From Ostreococcus lucimarinus (Eukaryota): a stretch of 64,000 nt of DNA. Of the stretch, positions 47,405 to 57,571 are shown one piece after another. The notes under the pieces were generated by a model. That model was not told the origin of the DNA. It ran no database searches and worked only from the letters and a program-made list of their open reading frames with translations. The number at the start of each line of letters is the position of its first letter. The stretch's first letter is position 1. The translations under genes were made by a program, and so were the position numbers. The DNA lies in the NCBI GenBank assembly GCA_000092065.1, contig CP000585.1; one strand, given 5' to 3'.

Positions 47405-48541
47405 GTGGACGTTGGACGCGCGATGCGACGCCGCGCGCGCGAGTCGACGCGCGGTGCGTTCGCGTGCGTTCTGTTCGCGCTGCTCGCCGCGGTGTGCGCG
47501 CGCGCGAGCGATTACTACGCCGCGCTCGGCGTGTCGCGCGGCGCGGAGGAGTCCCAGATCAAGCGCGCGTACCGAAAGCTCGCGCTGAAGTACCACCCGG
47601 ATAAGAACCCGAACGACGAGCGCGCGAAGAAAAAGTTCACGGAAATCTCGCAGGCGTACGAGGTGCTGAGCGATAAGGAGAAGCGGTCGATATACGATCG
47701 GTACGGCGAGGACGGGGTGAAGCAACACGAACAGAGCGGCGGACGAGGCGGCGGCGGGGCGCAAGATATCTTTAGTCAGTTCTTCGGCGGCGGTGGACCG
47801 TTCGGAGGATTCGGGGGATTCGGAGGAGAACAGGAAGAACCGGAAACGCCGAAAGGGACGACGATTAAGGTTGATTTGGGGATGACGGTGAAGGAAATTT
47901 ATCTCGGGGCGACGGCGCCGGTGACGCGGGAAAAGTTGGTGACGAAGAGCGCGAGAGGGACGAGGAAGTGTAACTGCCGACAGAAGCTCGTGACGCGACA
48001 AGTCGGACCGGGGATGTATCAGCAGTACACCGAGCAAACGTGCGAGGATTGCCCGAACGTTAAATTGGTGCGCGAGCGCGCGGATCTAAAAGTCGAGGTC
48101 GATGCGGGCGCCCCCGTCGGGCACGAAATTCTATTTTTTGAAGAAGGCGACGCGATGATCGATGGCGACCCCGGAGATTTGCTCTTCGTCGTGCAAACTT
48201 TGGAGGATAAAGAGAACAGGATCACGCGCGTCGGTAAGAGCGATTTGCACATGACGTACGAAATTACCCTCGTCGAGGCGCTCAACGGATTTTCTAAAAT
48301 CTTCAAGCACTACGACGGCCACGACGTCGTCATCGCTCGAACCGGGGTGACGGTACCTTTCGACAAAATGACGCTCAAGGGCGAAGGCTTGCCGAAGCAC
48401 AATCAATTCAAAAAGTTCGGTGACATGTTCATCACGTTTCAAGTCCAGTTCCCGGCGTCGTTGGACCAGAAGCAACGCGACGTCGTCTCGAAGACGTTCG
48501 CCTCGTCGAAATTTGTCGAGGTCGGCAAAGTGGTCGTATAA
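47405..48541 (+). CDS. ER-lumenal DnaJ/Hsp40, DNAJB11 (ERdj3)-like
   Basis: Signal peptide [17 protein letters not shown]; J-domain DYYAALGV...YHPDKN; G/F region; ERdj3-type Cys-rich insert CNCRQK...CEDCP (two CxxC rather than four); C-terminal substrate-binding domains. Confidence 0.8.
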   Translation: MDVGRAMRRRARESTRGAFACVLFALLAAVCARASDYYAALGVSRGAEESQIKRAYRKLALKYHPDKNPNDERAKKKFTEISQAYEVLSDKEKRSIYDRYGEDGVKQHEQSGGRGGGGAQDIFSQFFGGGGPFGGFGGFGGEQEEPETPKGTTIKVDLGMTVKEIYLGATAPVTREKLVTKSARGTRKCNCRQKLVTRQVGPGMYQQYTEQTCEDCPNVKLVRERADLKVEVDAGAPVGHEILFFEEGDAMIDGDPGDLLFVVQTLEDKENRITRVGKSDLHMTYEITLVEALNGFSKIFKHYDGHDVVIARTGVTVPFDKMTLKGEGLPKHNQFKKFGDMFITFQVQFPASLDQKQRDVVSKTFASSKFVEVGKVVV

Positions 48542-48681
48542 ATCAATTACAACGTTGCGATGGTATATTTCACCAATAACCTATCGATTCTTGGATGATG
48601 TTAAACGTTCTTATTATTTGTTCTTCACCGTCTCGCGCGCTTGAAACGTTGTGTCGCGATTTCACGTCGGGAGTCGCGCTT

Positions 48682-49356
48682 TTACTTGAGCAGCAAATCC
48701 AGTTCGATTCGCGAAAAATCGACAGTCGCCGGCGACGTTTCGAGCTTCTTCCCCTTTCTACCGCCCATCGTCGTCGAACCGAGGATCAAGCTCGCCTCGA
48801 CGTTGGCCGTGAAGGCGGTCTTGTCGCCGTCGTGCAGCTCGAGATTCCTCTTCACGCAAAAGCCGTTTTGCATCGCCGGAGACGTCACGCCATTCGTCGT
48901 CAAAAACTGAAACCCGACGTACGGTTCGTGATCCTTGTAATCGAAGTTCCCGCTCACCTTCAGCTGCACCGCGTCCAAATCGAACGTCTTCTCGTAAAAC
49001 ACCGTGTGCTTGCGCGTGTCGAGATTAATGTCTCCGTTGAACCACGAATCCGTCACCTTCCACTGCAGGTTGGGCTTGTAATTGAAGACCTCCTTCCCGA
49101 ACGCCTCGCCATCGTTCGCCGCCTGCAGCGGCACGTCCGTCCCCGCCGTGACGACCACGTCCGGCGCGATCGGTATCCGCAATCGAAACTGCTTTCGAAT
49201 CCGCAGCAGCACCTCGGGCGCGCTTCCAAACTTGACGTACTTTTGCAGCGAATCGAGCCCGCTCTCCACCTTTCCCGTCAAGTCTTCCAGCGTGTCGACC
49301 GCGGCGTCGCGCGCGTCTTCCACGTGCTCGTTCCACGATTGTTGTTTTCGGTTCAT
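48682..49356 (-). CDS. Hypothetical protein (224 aa, predicted beta-rich), function unknown
   Basis: Clean ORF divergent from GOT1 gene, no recognisable motif. Confidence 0.4.
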   Translation of the reverse strand: MNRKQQSWNEHVEDARDAAVDTLEDLTGKVESGLDSLQKYVKFGSAPEVLLRIRKQFRLRIPIAPDVVVTAGTDVPLQAANDGEAFGKEVFNYKPNLQWKVTDSWFNGDINLDTRKHTVFYEKTFDLDAVQLKVSGNFDYKDHEPYVGFQFLTTNGVTSPAMQNGFCVKRNLELHDGDKTAFTANVEASLILGSTTMGGRKGKKLETSPATVDFSRIELDLLLK

Positions 49357-49548
49357 CGTCGCCGCGCTCGAGCGTCTCGCGCCTCGCGCCTCGCGTCGGG
49401 GCGTCGGGGCGTCTCGGAATCCGGTCGCGCGACCGGACGTCGACCGCGACCGCCCGGACGAGTCGCGAACGGTCGACGCGACCCGCAGACGGCGACGGCG
49501 ACCCGCGGACGGCGACGGGCGCGATGGACGATAGAAAAAGTGCGCGCG

Positions 49549-50055
49549 ATGACGAGCGATGATGGCGACGACGCGACGACGCGACGCGCGCGAGGGAACG
49601 ACGCGACGACGCGAGGACTGACGGCGACGACGACGGGACGAATTGCATCGTTTGTAGAAATCGGTATCGGGTTGACGAGCTTTGGATGCGGATTCACCGC
49701 GCTCGGGGTGGTGTTTTTCTTCGACCGAGGGTTGTTAGCGATGGGGAATCTGATGTTCCTGTCGGGGGTCACGCTCACGATCGGGCCGAAGCAGACGGTG
49801 AAGTTTTTCGTGAGGCCGAGGAACCAACGCGGGGCGTTTTGTTTTCTCTTCGGGCTGGCGTTGGTGCTGTACGGGTGGCCGTTTATCGGGTTATTGGTGG
49901 AAGGGTACGGGTTTGTGGCGCTGTTTAGTGCGTTCTTCCCGACGGTTTTGATATTTTTAAAGAGGGTTCCGGTGTTGGGGTCGTTTCTGTCGCTTCCGGG
50001 CGTGAAACACGTGACGACGAGCATCATAGGAAAATCGCAAACGCTGCCGGTGTGA
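49549..50055 (+). CDS. Vesicle transport protein GOT1/SFT2-like (four-TM Golgi transport protein)
   Basis: 168 aa; four TM helices with a GOT1-like spacing (FVEIGIGLTSFGCGFTALGVVFFF, GNLMFLSGVTLTIG, FCFLFGLALVLYGWPFIGLLVEGYGFVALF). Confidence 0.65.
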   Translation: MTSDDGDDATTRRARGNDATTRGLTATTTGRIASFVEIGIGLTSFGCGFTALGVVFFFDRGLLAMGNLMFLSGVTLTIGPKQTVKFFVRPRNQRGAFCFLFGLALVLYGWPFIGLLVEGYGFVALFSAFFPTVLIFLKRVPVLGSFLSLPGVKHVTTSIIGKSQTLPV

Positions 50056-50198
50056 TCGCGTTCGCGGGGCGAAGGCGGAACTACCTAGAATAATAAGAAT
50101 CATTGTTGTGAATGGATGAATGTCATAGGGCGTATCTATATCTAGCGTTGTGTCGGCGTTGTCGTGTGTGTGTGCACGCGTGCGCGCGCTCGCGCGAT

Positions 50199-52058
50199 TT
50201 ACGCGCAGGCGGATGAATCCGCCGTGACGGTGTCGAACGCGGCTTCGTCGTCTTGCGCAGCTAATCGTTCCAGCGCTTCGATCGCGCTCGTACCGAAACC
50301 TTTCGGTTCACGGCTGGAGACGGAATCAACCACGAAGTCAAGCGTCACGATAGCCACTGCCGGTGTCGGCAAGCGCTTCGCGAACGGAACGTAAACGTCG
50401 GCGTACGGCGCTCGATGCGCGGACTTGTTGGGAGCCATATCGACGACGACGACGACGGGAGAGTTCCTCGGGGACGAGGGCGACAATGAATCGCCGATGT
50501 CTTCGATTCGCGTCACCACGGCGCCATCGGCTCGAGCGAATTGCATGTTCATCTCGAGCTGATTCGAGTCGCGAAATTTGCCGAGATAGACGAAGTGCCA
50601 GGTCGAGAAAACTTTTGCGCCACCGTTCTCTCGCGCTCGTTTCGGTCCACCGAGATTTCCGCACGAGTCGCCTTGGATCTCGAACGCATCTTCATCCACG
50701 CAGCGTTGCTGTTCCAAACACGATTTCACCCACGCGCTGCTCAAGATCCAGCACCCTTGGATGAGCGCTTCGTAAAATTTGGCGCTCTTCTTTCGTAAAA
50801 CCATGCTTCCGGAATCAACCTTGCCTTTGCCGAAGACGACGTGCGTCGTTTGAGGCGAAAACATCGACTCATAGACGAAGTCAAACTGCTTGCAGAACTT
50901 TTCCAATTCCTTCTTTTCGGCGTCAGACAAGAGAGAGCCGCACACGCGAGTCTCGCGCGTCGTCTTGAGAAGTTCGTAGCTGGAATCCGAAGGATCGATG
51001 GAAACGAGCGACTTTTGACGCTTTGTCGCAGACTTGCCGTTCGTCGGCGCTTGTGCGCGCTTCAAACTGGGCGCTCTCGTAGCCGGTCGCTGCGCGGGCA
51101 GAAGCGCGAGAGGAAGAGTCGAGTGCGCCGGGCACGAAATTGAAAAGTGCTCGCCGTCGTACGTCGTTCCCTGAACCAGTCGCGCGCACCAAATATGATA
51201 CGATTTCTTGCATCTCGATTCGCTGCACCCCGACGGAGCACCCACTTTCTTGCAGTAGGCACACTTCAGACTTTTCGCTCTCCGGACCTCCGCGCAAACG
51301 TTCGTCAAGCCTCCGTCGACTGAGCTCACGACGAGCGGCGCCCAAAGCGCGCACGTCGTGTGACAGTGTTCCACGACCGTTTTCCTCGAAATCTTCTCCT
51401 CGAAACGTTCGACGCTTTCCCCAACCTCGCTCCCACGCTTGCAAAACGCGCACGGATGGCGACCCTGGACGGCAGCGTTCGGATCGATCACCGCTCCCGT
51501 CCACGGCGCGCGCGTCTCCCTCTCCACCGTCTCCTCCGTCGCCGTCGACGCTTCTTCTAATTCCCCCACCAACTCCTCAAACGCCCCGTTCCCACGTCGC
51601 CCACCTCCGTTTTCATCTCCAAACGCATGCGGTAGCGTTGGAAGCTTTCGCATGTTCGCCATGATCTCCTTCAACTGCGACACGCTCGTTCTTCGCTGCG
51701 GCGCTCGCGCGTTGTGCTTCCTCAGCTGCGTCGCCGGAATCTGTGACCCATACGGCACTTCCGTCTCCATCACCGACGCCACCGCCGCCAAAACGTTCGT
51801 ATACGCGCTCACAATCTTCTCAAACCGCTCATCCTTCCGCGACTCTCGCTTCGTGCACGGCGCTCTGCACGTCGGGCACGGCTGTTTCCTATCGAACAAC
51901 GTCTTCGCGCACGCCGCGCAAAAATAATGCGAGCACGCCAGCTTCGTCGGCTTTTTCGGCAGGCTCAGGCACACCGCGCAGCACAAGTGTTGTCCGAGCG
52001 CGTCCAGCGACGTCGTCAGCGTCGTTTTCGCCGTCTCCAGGCACGCGTCCAGCGTCAT
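50199..52058 (-). CDS. BRCA1/BARD1-like protein: N-terminal RING finger, extended PHD-like zinc finger, tandem C-terminal BRCT domains
   Basis: C3HC4 RING CAVCLSLPKKPTKLACSHYFCAACAKTLFDRKQPCPTCRAPC; ePHD-like CAFCKRG...HCHTTCALWAP...CAYCKKVGAPSGCSESRCKKSYHIWCA; BRCT blocks (FYEALIQGCWILSSAWVKSC..., VFSTWHFVYLGKF). This RING+PHD+2xBRCT architecture is the one known for plant BRCA1/BARD1. Confidence 0.7.
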   Translation of the reverse strand: MTLDACLETAKTTLTTSLDALGQHLCCAVCLSLPKKPTKLACSHYFCAACAKTLFDRKQPCPTCRAPCTKRESRKDERFEKIVSAYTNVLAAVASVMETEVPYGSQIPATQLRKHNARAPQRRTSVSQLKEIMANMRKLPTLPHAFGDENGGGRRGNGAFEELVGELEEASTATEETVERETRAPWTGAVIDPNAAVQGRHPCAFCKRGSEVGESVERFEEKISRKTVVEHCHTTCALWAPLVVSSVDGGLTNVCAEVRRAKSLKCAYCKKVGAPSGCSESRCKKSYHIWCARLVQGTTYDGEHFSISCPAHSTLPLALLPAQRPATRAPSLKRAQAPTNGKSATKRQKSLVSIDPSDSSYELLKTTRETRVCGSLLSDAEKKELEKFCKQFDFVYESMFSPQTTHVVFGKGKVDSGSMVLRKKSAKFYEALIQGCWILSSAWVKSCLEQQRCVDEDAFEIQGDSCGNLGGPKRARENGGAKVFSTWHFVYLGKFRDSNQLEMNMQFARADGAVVTRIEDIGDSLSPSSPRNSPVVVVVDMAPNKSAHRAPYADVYVPFAKRLPTPAVAIVTLDFVVDSVSSREPKGFGTSAIEALERLAAQDDEAAFDTVTADSSACA

Positions 52059-52333
52059 CCTTCGGTGCCTCGTTTGAATTCAATCGAATGCAATCCACCA
52101 CCGTTTCCTCGTTTCCGCCTCGTTTCCGCGTCGCGTCGCGTCGCGTCGCGCGCGCGCGTCGACGGCGTCGCGTCGCGTCGCGCGCGCGTCTCGTCGTCCG
52201 TCCTCGCGCGCCGTCGCGCGTCGCGCTCTCCCGTCGCGCGCGCCGCCGTCTGTCGCGTCCGAGAGCGTCTTCTCGGACGCGCCGATCGATCGATCGGATC
52301 GATCGATCGATCGAATGATCGGCACTCGGCGAC

Positions 52334-52919
52334 GATGATGATGATGGTGAGGACGACGACGACGAGGACGACGACGACGACGACGACGCGCGCGAACGCG
52401 CGCGCGACGAAGCGACGAACGACGCGCGTCGCGACGCGCGCGCGCGCGAACGGCGAACGAGGAACGTCGGCGTCGGCGGCGTCGACGTCGCGGGACGACG
52501 GGCGTAACCGTATCGGGGAAATCGTCGCGACGACGGCGAGCGCTTTGGCGCTCGCGATGGGCGCGCCGGACGCGCGGGCGATCGACATGCAAATAGTGGA
52601 TTCGACGACGTCCGAGTACATGCGACGACGGGACGAGGCGGCGAGTTTTAAGTGCTCGGGCGGGATGTTCGATTGCGATTCGGATAGACGAGAGTACGCG
52701 CGCGCGCAGACGGAGCGCCTGCGAGCGAGAATCGCGACGAGGGATCCGGAGATGGACGCCGAGGAGGTTTCGCCGTGCACGGTGGAGGATCCGTGCACGG
52801 ATAACGTGCTGCAGGCGGCGTTGGCGGGGGTGCAAGGCTTGACGACGAGCGAAAAATTGGAAAAGATGGGACGACCGACGGACGCGGTGAATTCGTCGAG
52901 TCAGTATTTCGGTTTTTGA
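52334..52919 (+). CDS. Small protein with bipartite-looking presequence (Thr/Arg-rich then hydrophobic ASALALAMG-APDARA), possible thylakoid-lumen protein; hypothetical
   Basis: ORF 51927..52919; ATG 52334 (MMMMVRTTTT) follows the GATCG promoter tract; no catalytic motif recognised. Confidence 0.3.
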
Positions 52920-52956
52920 AAATGAATGCGGCGTGTAATCGAATCAATCTAAACAT

Positions 52957-55203
52957 CTATGCTTCTATTAGGTGCGTGGCTTCGTCGACCGCGCTGTCTT
53001 CCTCGCGCAGCTCGCCCCAAGACGTGCCGACGGCGAGTTTGATTGGCGTCGGCACGGCGAGTTTGATCGCGTTCTCCATGACGTTCTTCACCGCTCGCGC
53101 GCACTCTGGGACGTAGTCTTCGTCGACTTCGAACAAAAGTTCGTCGTGGATCTGTGCGACGAGAGTGACGCGCTTTTTATTCACTGATCCCGGCGCGACG
53201 TCGTTTGCAAATCTTCCCGCGCCGACGGCGCTCGTCCATCGCAGCATCGCCGTCTTCATCATGTCCGCGGCTGTTCCTTGAATGATCGTATTCACAGCTT
53301 GCCTTTGCGCCTCGCTGCGTTCGCTGAAGACTTTGGAGTGGATTTTCGGCAACGCGCGATGTCGACCGGACATCGGAAGCGTCACCGCTCCGGTTTGTTC
53401 CGCGCGTTGCAACACGCGAGTTATCCATTGATTCACCTTTGGAAACGCTCGATGAAACGCGGCGATGTATCCCTGCGCCTCGCTCTTCGGTACGCCGAGT
53501 TTTTCGGCCAAACCCGTGGCGTGTTGGCCGTACACGATTCCGTACGCCGTGCGCTTGGCGATGTCACGCGTGCTCTTTTCCGCTGGCGCGTCGAGCGGTA
53601 AGCCTTTACCGGCGTTCCAAATCGCCACGAACACGTCGCCTTTCGCCTGTCGTAACAGCGATATGAGGCGATCATCGCCGCTCAAGTGTGCCAAAACTCG
53701 CAGTTCAATTTGACTGTAATCCGCCGCGATGAATGTGCGCCCGGTGGGTGCGACGAAGCAGTTTCGCATCGTTCCCCGACCTACTTGCTGAATGTTAGGA
53801 TGACTCGAGGACAATCTCCCGGTCGCCGTCTTTGTGTTGTTCCATTGCGTGTGAATTCTGGCGCGACCGTCGGCGGCGATGACGGCTGATTTGTCGTAAT
53901 TGTCGCACATCGCTCTTTCTTTCAACGCGCCTCGATGATTCAACACGATTTGTGCGAAATGATGATGCTTCACTAGCGACTGCAGGACTTCGACACTCGT
54001 CGATAAATGGCTCGACTTGGAACCTTTCATCGCGTGCGCGCTCGGCGTCGGTAGCTTGAGCTTGTTATACAAGACGTCGGCGACTTGCTGCGCGCTCGCC
54101 AAATTGATGTCGACTCCGATGCACTTTTGGGCCTCGCGCTCAAGCTCTTCGACGCGACGATTCGCGGCCCGTCTCTGCTCGTCCGCGCGCGTCCGATCGA
54201 ACCCAACACCGTGGTGTTGAAGCACGCCGAGAGCGACTGCGACTTTGGCTTCGACGTCTCGCGCGAGCGGGGCGTCGCCTCGAGGGACGAACGAAAGCGC
54301 CGCGGTCAAGTCGGATTGAAAACACCCGAGCGCGTCGCTCCATGATGCATCTTTACACGCGCCCGTGTCCGCGATGCCCCCATCGTAGGCGCGATCGGGA
54401 TTGGCCAACCACGCGTCGATGCGACAATCGACGACGCGCGTCGTCGACGCGTCCACGCCAGTCACGCCCGCGTCCATCGCCGCGTGAACGATGTCTTGCG
54501 CGTGATACGTCACAACTCGACACTTCGCAAAAATCTTTTCTAAACGCGCTCTCGTCGTCGCGCGGTTCGCGGCGCGCAAAAAAAACGCCTCTCCCGTCGA
54601 CGCCATCACCGCGCCGAAACCGAGCACCGCTCGATCGACGGCGGACGCGTCGTCGTCGTCGCCATCGTCAGCATCACCACCGACCGCCGAAAGAGTCGCG
54701 AAGCGTTTCGCCGCCTTTTTCGCCGCCTTCTTTTCGTTCGCATCGACGTCACGAAAATTCGAACTGTACCCGAACCAAATCTCCAAGTCTCCCGCCACGC
54801 GCGCGACGTCTCTTCGCAGCACGCCGAGCGCGCACGTCGCGTCCTCGCCGCCATCCTCCAACGCTCGATCGAACGCCTCTCCGCTGTGGTCCGCATCGCA
54901 CCACGCCGCATTTTTCTCGAAATCAATCCCCTCCATCGCGTCTCCTCGTCCGGTCTCGAACGCCAACGCCATCGCCTCCGCCTCCGCGCTCGGTTTCGCC
55001 TTCGCCTTCGCCTTCGCCTTCGCCTTCGCGCGTCGCTTCTCGCCGCCGCCGCGCGTCGTCGTCGTCGTCGTCGTCGCCGGGCGTTTCCGCGTCGCCGACG
55101 CGTCGGCGTCGACGAACACCGGCGCGACGGTCGTCGTCGTCGTCGTTTCCGTCGCGTCGCCGGGCGGCGGTTTGGTTTTCCATCGCCATCGAAACGTCGC
55201 CAT
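52957..55203 (-). CDS. Family A DNA polymerase, Pol theta/Pol nu-like polymerase domain with degenerate N-terminal exonuclease-like region, no helicase domain
   Basis: Motif A DYSQIELRVLAHLS, motif B RDIAKRTAYGIVYG, QAVNTIIQGTAADMMK, motif C VAQIHDELLFEV, GTSWGELRE - blocks that closely track the POLQ polymerase domain; N-terminal Lys/Ala and poly-Thr low complexity. Confidence 0.8.
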   Translation of the reverse strand: MATFRWRWKTKPPPGDATETTTTTTVAPVFVDADASATRKRPATTTTTTTRGGGEKRRAKAKAKAKAKAKPSAEAEAMALAFETGRGDAMEGIDFEKNAAWCDADHSGEAFDRALEDGGEDATCALGVLRRDVARVAGDLEIWFGYSSNFRDVDANEKKAAKKAAKRFATLSAVGGDADDGDDDDASAVDRAVLGFGAVMASTGEAFFLRAANRATTRARLEKIFAKCRVVTYHAQDIVHAAMDAGVTGVDASTTRVVDCRIDAWLANPDRAYDGGIADTGACKDASWSDALGCFQSDLTAALSFVPRGDAPLARDVEAKVAVALGVLQHHGVGFDRTRADEQRRAANRRVEELEREAQKCIGVDINLASAQQVADVLYNKLKLPTPSAHAMKGSKSSHLSTSVEVLQSLVKHHHFAQIVLNHRGALKERAMCDNYDKSAVIAADGRARIHTQWNNTKTATGRLSSSHPNIQQVGRGTMRNCFVAPTGRTFIAADYSQIELRVLAHLSGDDRLISLLRQAKGDVFVAIWNAGKGLPLDAPAEKSTRDIAKRTAYGIVYGQHATGLAEKLGVPKSEAQGYIAAFHRAFPKVNQWITRVLQRAEQTGAVTLPMSGRHRALPKIHSKVFSERSEAQRQAVNTIIQGTAADMMKTAMLRWTSAVGAGRFANDVAPGSVNKKRVTLVAQIHDELLFEVDEDYVPECARAVKNVMENAIKLAVPTPIKLAVGTSWGELREEDSAVDEATHLIEA

Positions 55204-55468
55204 CGCGCGCCGTCGCGTCGCGCGCGCCGCTCGCGCGTCGCGACGCCGCGAGAACTACGCGCGATGCGCCTCGCGCGCGCGCGTGACGGCGTCGGCGCGC
55301 GATGGCGTCGCGTCGCGTCGTCGCATCGTCGTCGCGAAGTGCGGTGACGCGCGCGTCACATCGAAGCGACGCGCGCGTTCGCCGCGCGACGCTTCGACGG
55401 ACGCGACGGACGCGCGCGCGCGCGTCTTCAGCGCGCGCGTCGTCGTCGCGTGCGCGATCGCGATCGCG

Positions 55469-56539
55469 ATGGCGTCCGGACGCGCCGGGACGCCGGCGGC
55501 GACGCTCGGGACGCTGCGCGCGCACGACGCGAAGCGCGCGCTCGCGGTGGATCGGTTGATCCTGGGGGCGTCGCCGCTGGCGGGAATATACCGCGGCGTC
55601 GACGCGAGCGAGGCCGCGGCGACGGTGCGCGCGGCGCTCGACGTCGGGTTCACGCGGTTCGACACGGCGCCGCACTACGGGTTGGGGCTGAGCGAGACGC
55701 GCCTGGGCGAGGCGCTGCGAACGCACGCGAAGAAGGCGGTGAAGGTGTACACCAAGGTGGGAAGGGTGATGAAACCGATGGATGAAGTGACGGAAAGCGA
55801 ACGCGAGTCGGTGGTCGAGTGGGGGAACGTGCCGGGAAACGACGGGTGCATATTTCCAGACGCCCCGCGAGACGTGTTGCCCGTGCTCGATTATTCCGCG
55901 AATGGGTTCGTGCGATCGCACGCCGATAGTTTAAACAGGCTTGGGATTGATAGAATAGAGGGATTGAGGATTCACGACGCCGAGACGCCCGAAAGGTTCG
56001 AGGCGGCGACGACCGGGGGCGGCGTGCGCGCGTTGACGGCGCTTCGCGACGCGGGAACCATTTCAGAGGTATCGCTCGGGATGAACGACGCCTCGTACGT
56101 GTTGCGAATGATTCGCGAGAATCCCCCAGGAACGTTCGACTCGGTCATGATGGCCGGTTCGTGGAACTTGCTCGATCAAGACGGTCTCGAAGTCTTGCTC
56201 GAGTGCCAAGCGCGAAACATCAAGGTGCACAACGCCGGCGTCTTCGCCAGCGGCGTCCTCGTCGGCGGTTCGCACTACAAGTACGGCCCCGCTCCCGACG
56301 AGATCAAGCGGCGCACCGAAAAGTGGAACGTCTTGGCGCGCGCGTACGACATCCCTCTCCCCGCCATCGCCCTCGCCTTCGCCCTCACTCCCGAAGTCGT
56401 CGACTCGTGCGCCGTCGGCGTCAAGTCCCCCGACGAGGTCGCCCAATCCGTCGCCTGGCTCGCCGACGCCGCCCGCGTCCCGCGCCAGCTTTGGCTCGAC
56501 GCGTTTTCTCAAGGTTTACTCGCGTGGATCCCGTCCTAG
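55469..56539 (+). CDS. Aldo/keto reductase (L-galactose dehydrogenase / D-threo-aldose dehydrogenase-like)
   Basis: AKR fold motifs LILGASPLAGIY, FDTAPHYG, catalytic Tyr/Lys positions, C-terminal IPLPAIALAF; ORF extends to 55172 but ATG 55469 follows the CGATCG promoter tract. Confidence 0.7.
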   Translation: MASGRAGTPAATLGTLRAHDAKRALAVDRLILGASPLAGIYRGVDASEAAATVRAALDVGFTRFDTAPHYGLGLSETRLGEALRTHAKKAVKVYTKVGRVMKPMDEVTESERESVVEWGNVPGNDGCIFPDAPRDVLPVLDYSANGFVRSHADSLNRLGIDRIEGLRIHDAETPERFEAATTGGGVRALTALRDAGTISEVSLGMNDASYVLRMIRENPPGTFDSVMMAGSWNLLDQDGLEVLLECQARNIKVHNAGVFASGVLVGGSHYKYGPAPDEIKRRTEKWNVLARAYDIPLPAIALAFALTPEVVDSCAVGVKSPDEVAQSVAWLADAARVPRQLWLDAFSQGLLAWIPS

Positions 56540-56590
56540 GCCCTCGTTCGTCGCGACGACCACGTAATTCAGAAACTTTCGGAAACGCTC

Positions 56591-57430
56591 GTGCCCACAC
56601 CCGATCTCGCCTTTTCGCGCGCGAAGATCTCCGCTGACGGGGATCGATCTGGGGAACATTTCGACACATCGCGACGCGCGGTGATGCGCGCGACGACGCG
56701 CGCGCCCTCGCGACCGCCGAGTCGGTTGCGGCGATCGTCCGTCGACGCGCGCGACGACGCGCGCGCGCGCGCGTCGTCGTCGTCGTCGTCGACGTCGTCG
56801 GAGGGACGGCATCGCATCTCCGCGCGCGACGCATCGTTCGGCGCGGGCGAACGAGACGCGGGCGACGACGCGCGCGCGGCGACGCGAGATGACTGCGCGA
56901 TGATGGAAGACGACGCGCGAACGTACGAGACGGACGATAGCGACGGGAGCGACACGGTGACGGCGCTGATCGAGAGAACGACGGAGACGGAGAAGATTAC
57001 GCGAGATTACTGCGCGACGGAGGATTCGGCGCGCGAGCGAACGGGAGACGCGAACGCGAGCGATGCGATGATCGAGGCGTTGGAGGGGAAGATAAAGGCG
57101 TGCGAAGGCGCGAGCGCGTCTGGGAAGGGGGCACAGGCGCTGTATGCGAAGAAAGCGGCGGCGGAGACGGCGTTGGGGAAACTCTCCGACGCGTTGACTT
57201 CGTCTAAAAGAGTGATCGAGATAGCGCCGCTCTGGTTTCGTGGTTACGTGCTGCTCTCCGAAGTGACGTTGCGACAGTGTTGCGACTCATCATCGGTGAA
57301 CGACGTGGACGCGGCGAAAGAAATCGCAAAGGCGGCGCTCGAGAGAGCGCTTTTTTTGGAACCAAACGTCTCGAAAGATTCAAAGTTTCTTAGTTTATGC
57401 GCGAAAATTGGCGCCATGTCGGCTTCATAG
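56591..57430 (+). CDS. Hypothetical protein, acidic N-terminal half, helical (TPR-like?) C-terminal half
   Basis: 279-aa ORF, no recognised motif; start uncertain. Confidence 0.3.
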   Translation: MPTPDLAFSRAKISADGDRSGEHFDTSRRAVMRATTRAPSRPPSRLRRSSVDARDDARARASSSSSSTSSEGRHRISARDASFGAGERDAGDDARAATRDDCAMMEDDARTYETDDSDGSDTVTALIERTTETEKITRDYCATEDSARERTGDANASDAMIEALEGKIKACEGASASGKGAQALYAKKAAAETALGKLSDALTSSKRVIEIAPLWFRGYVLLSEVTLRQCCDSSSVNDVDAAKEIAKAALERALFLEPNVSKDSKFLSLCAKIGAMSAS

Positions 57431-57571
57431 GTCGCCGGCGCGCGGGTCGACATTTAGGTTACGACGATAAGACGCGTCTTATCACACGTCGCGTCTTTCG
57501 TCCAGTTTTGCTAGCACTACTCTCTTCTAATACACGTTTTGACTGGTTGTACTAAGCCGCTCTTCGATCGA

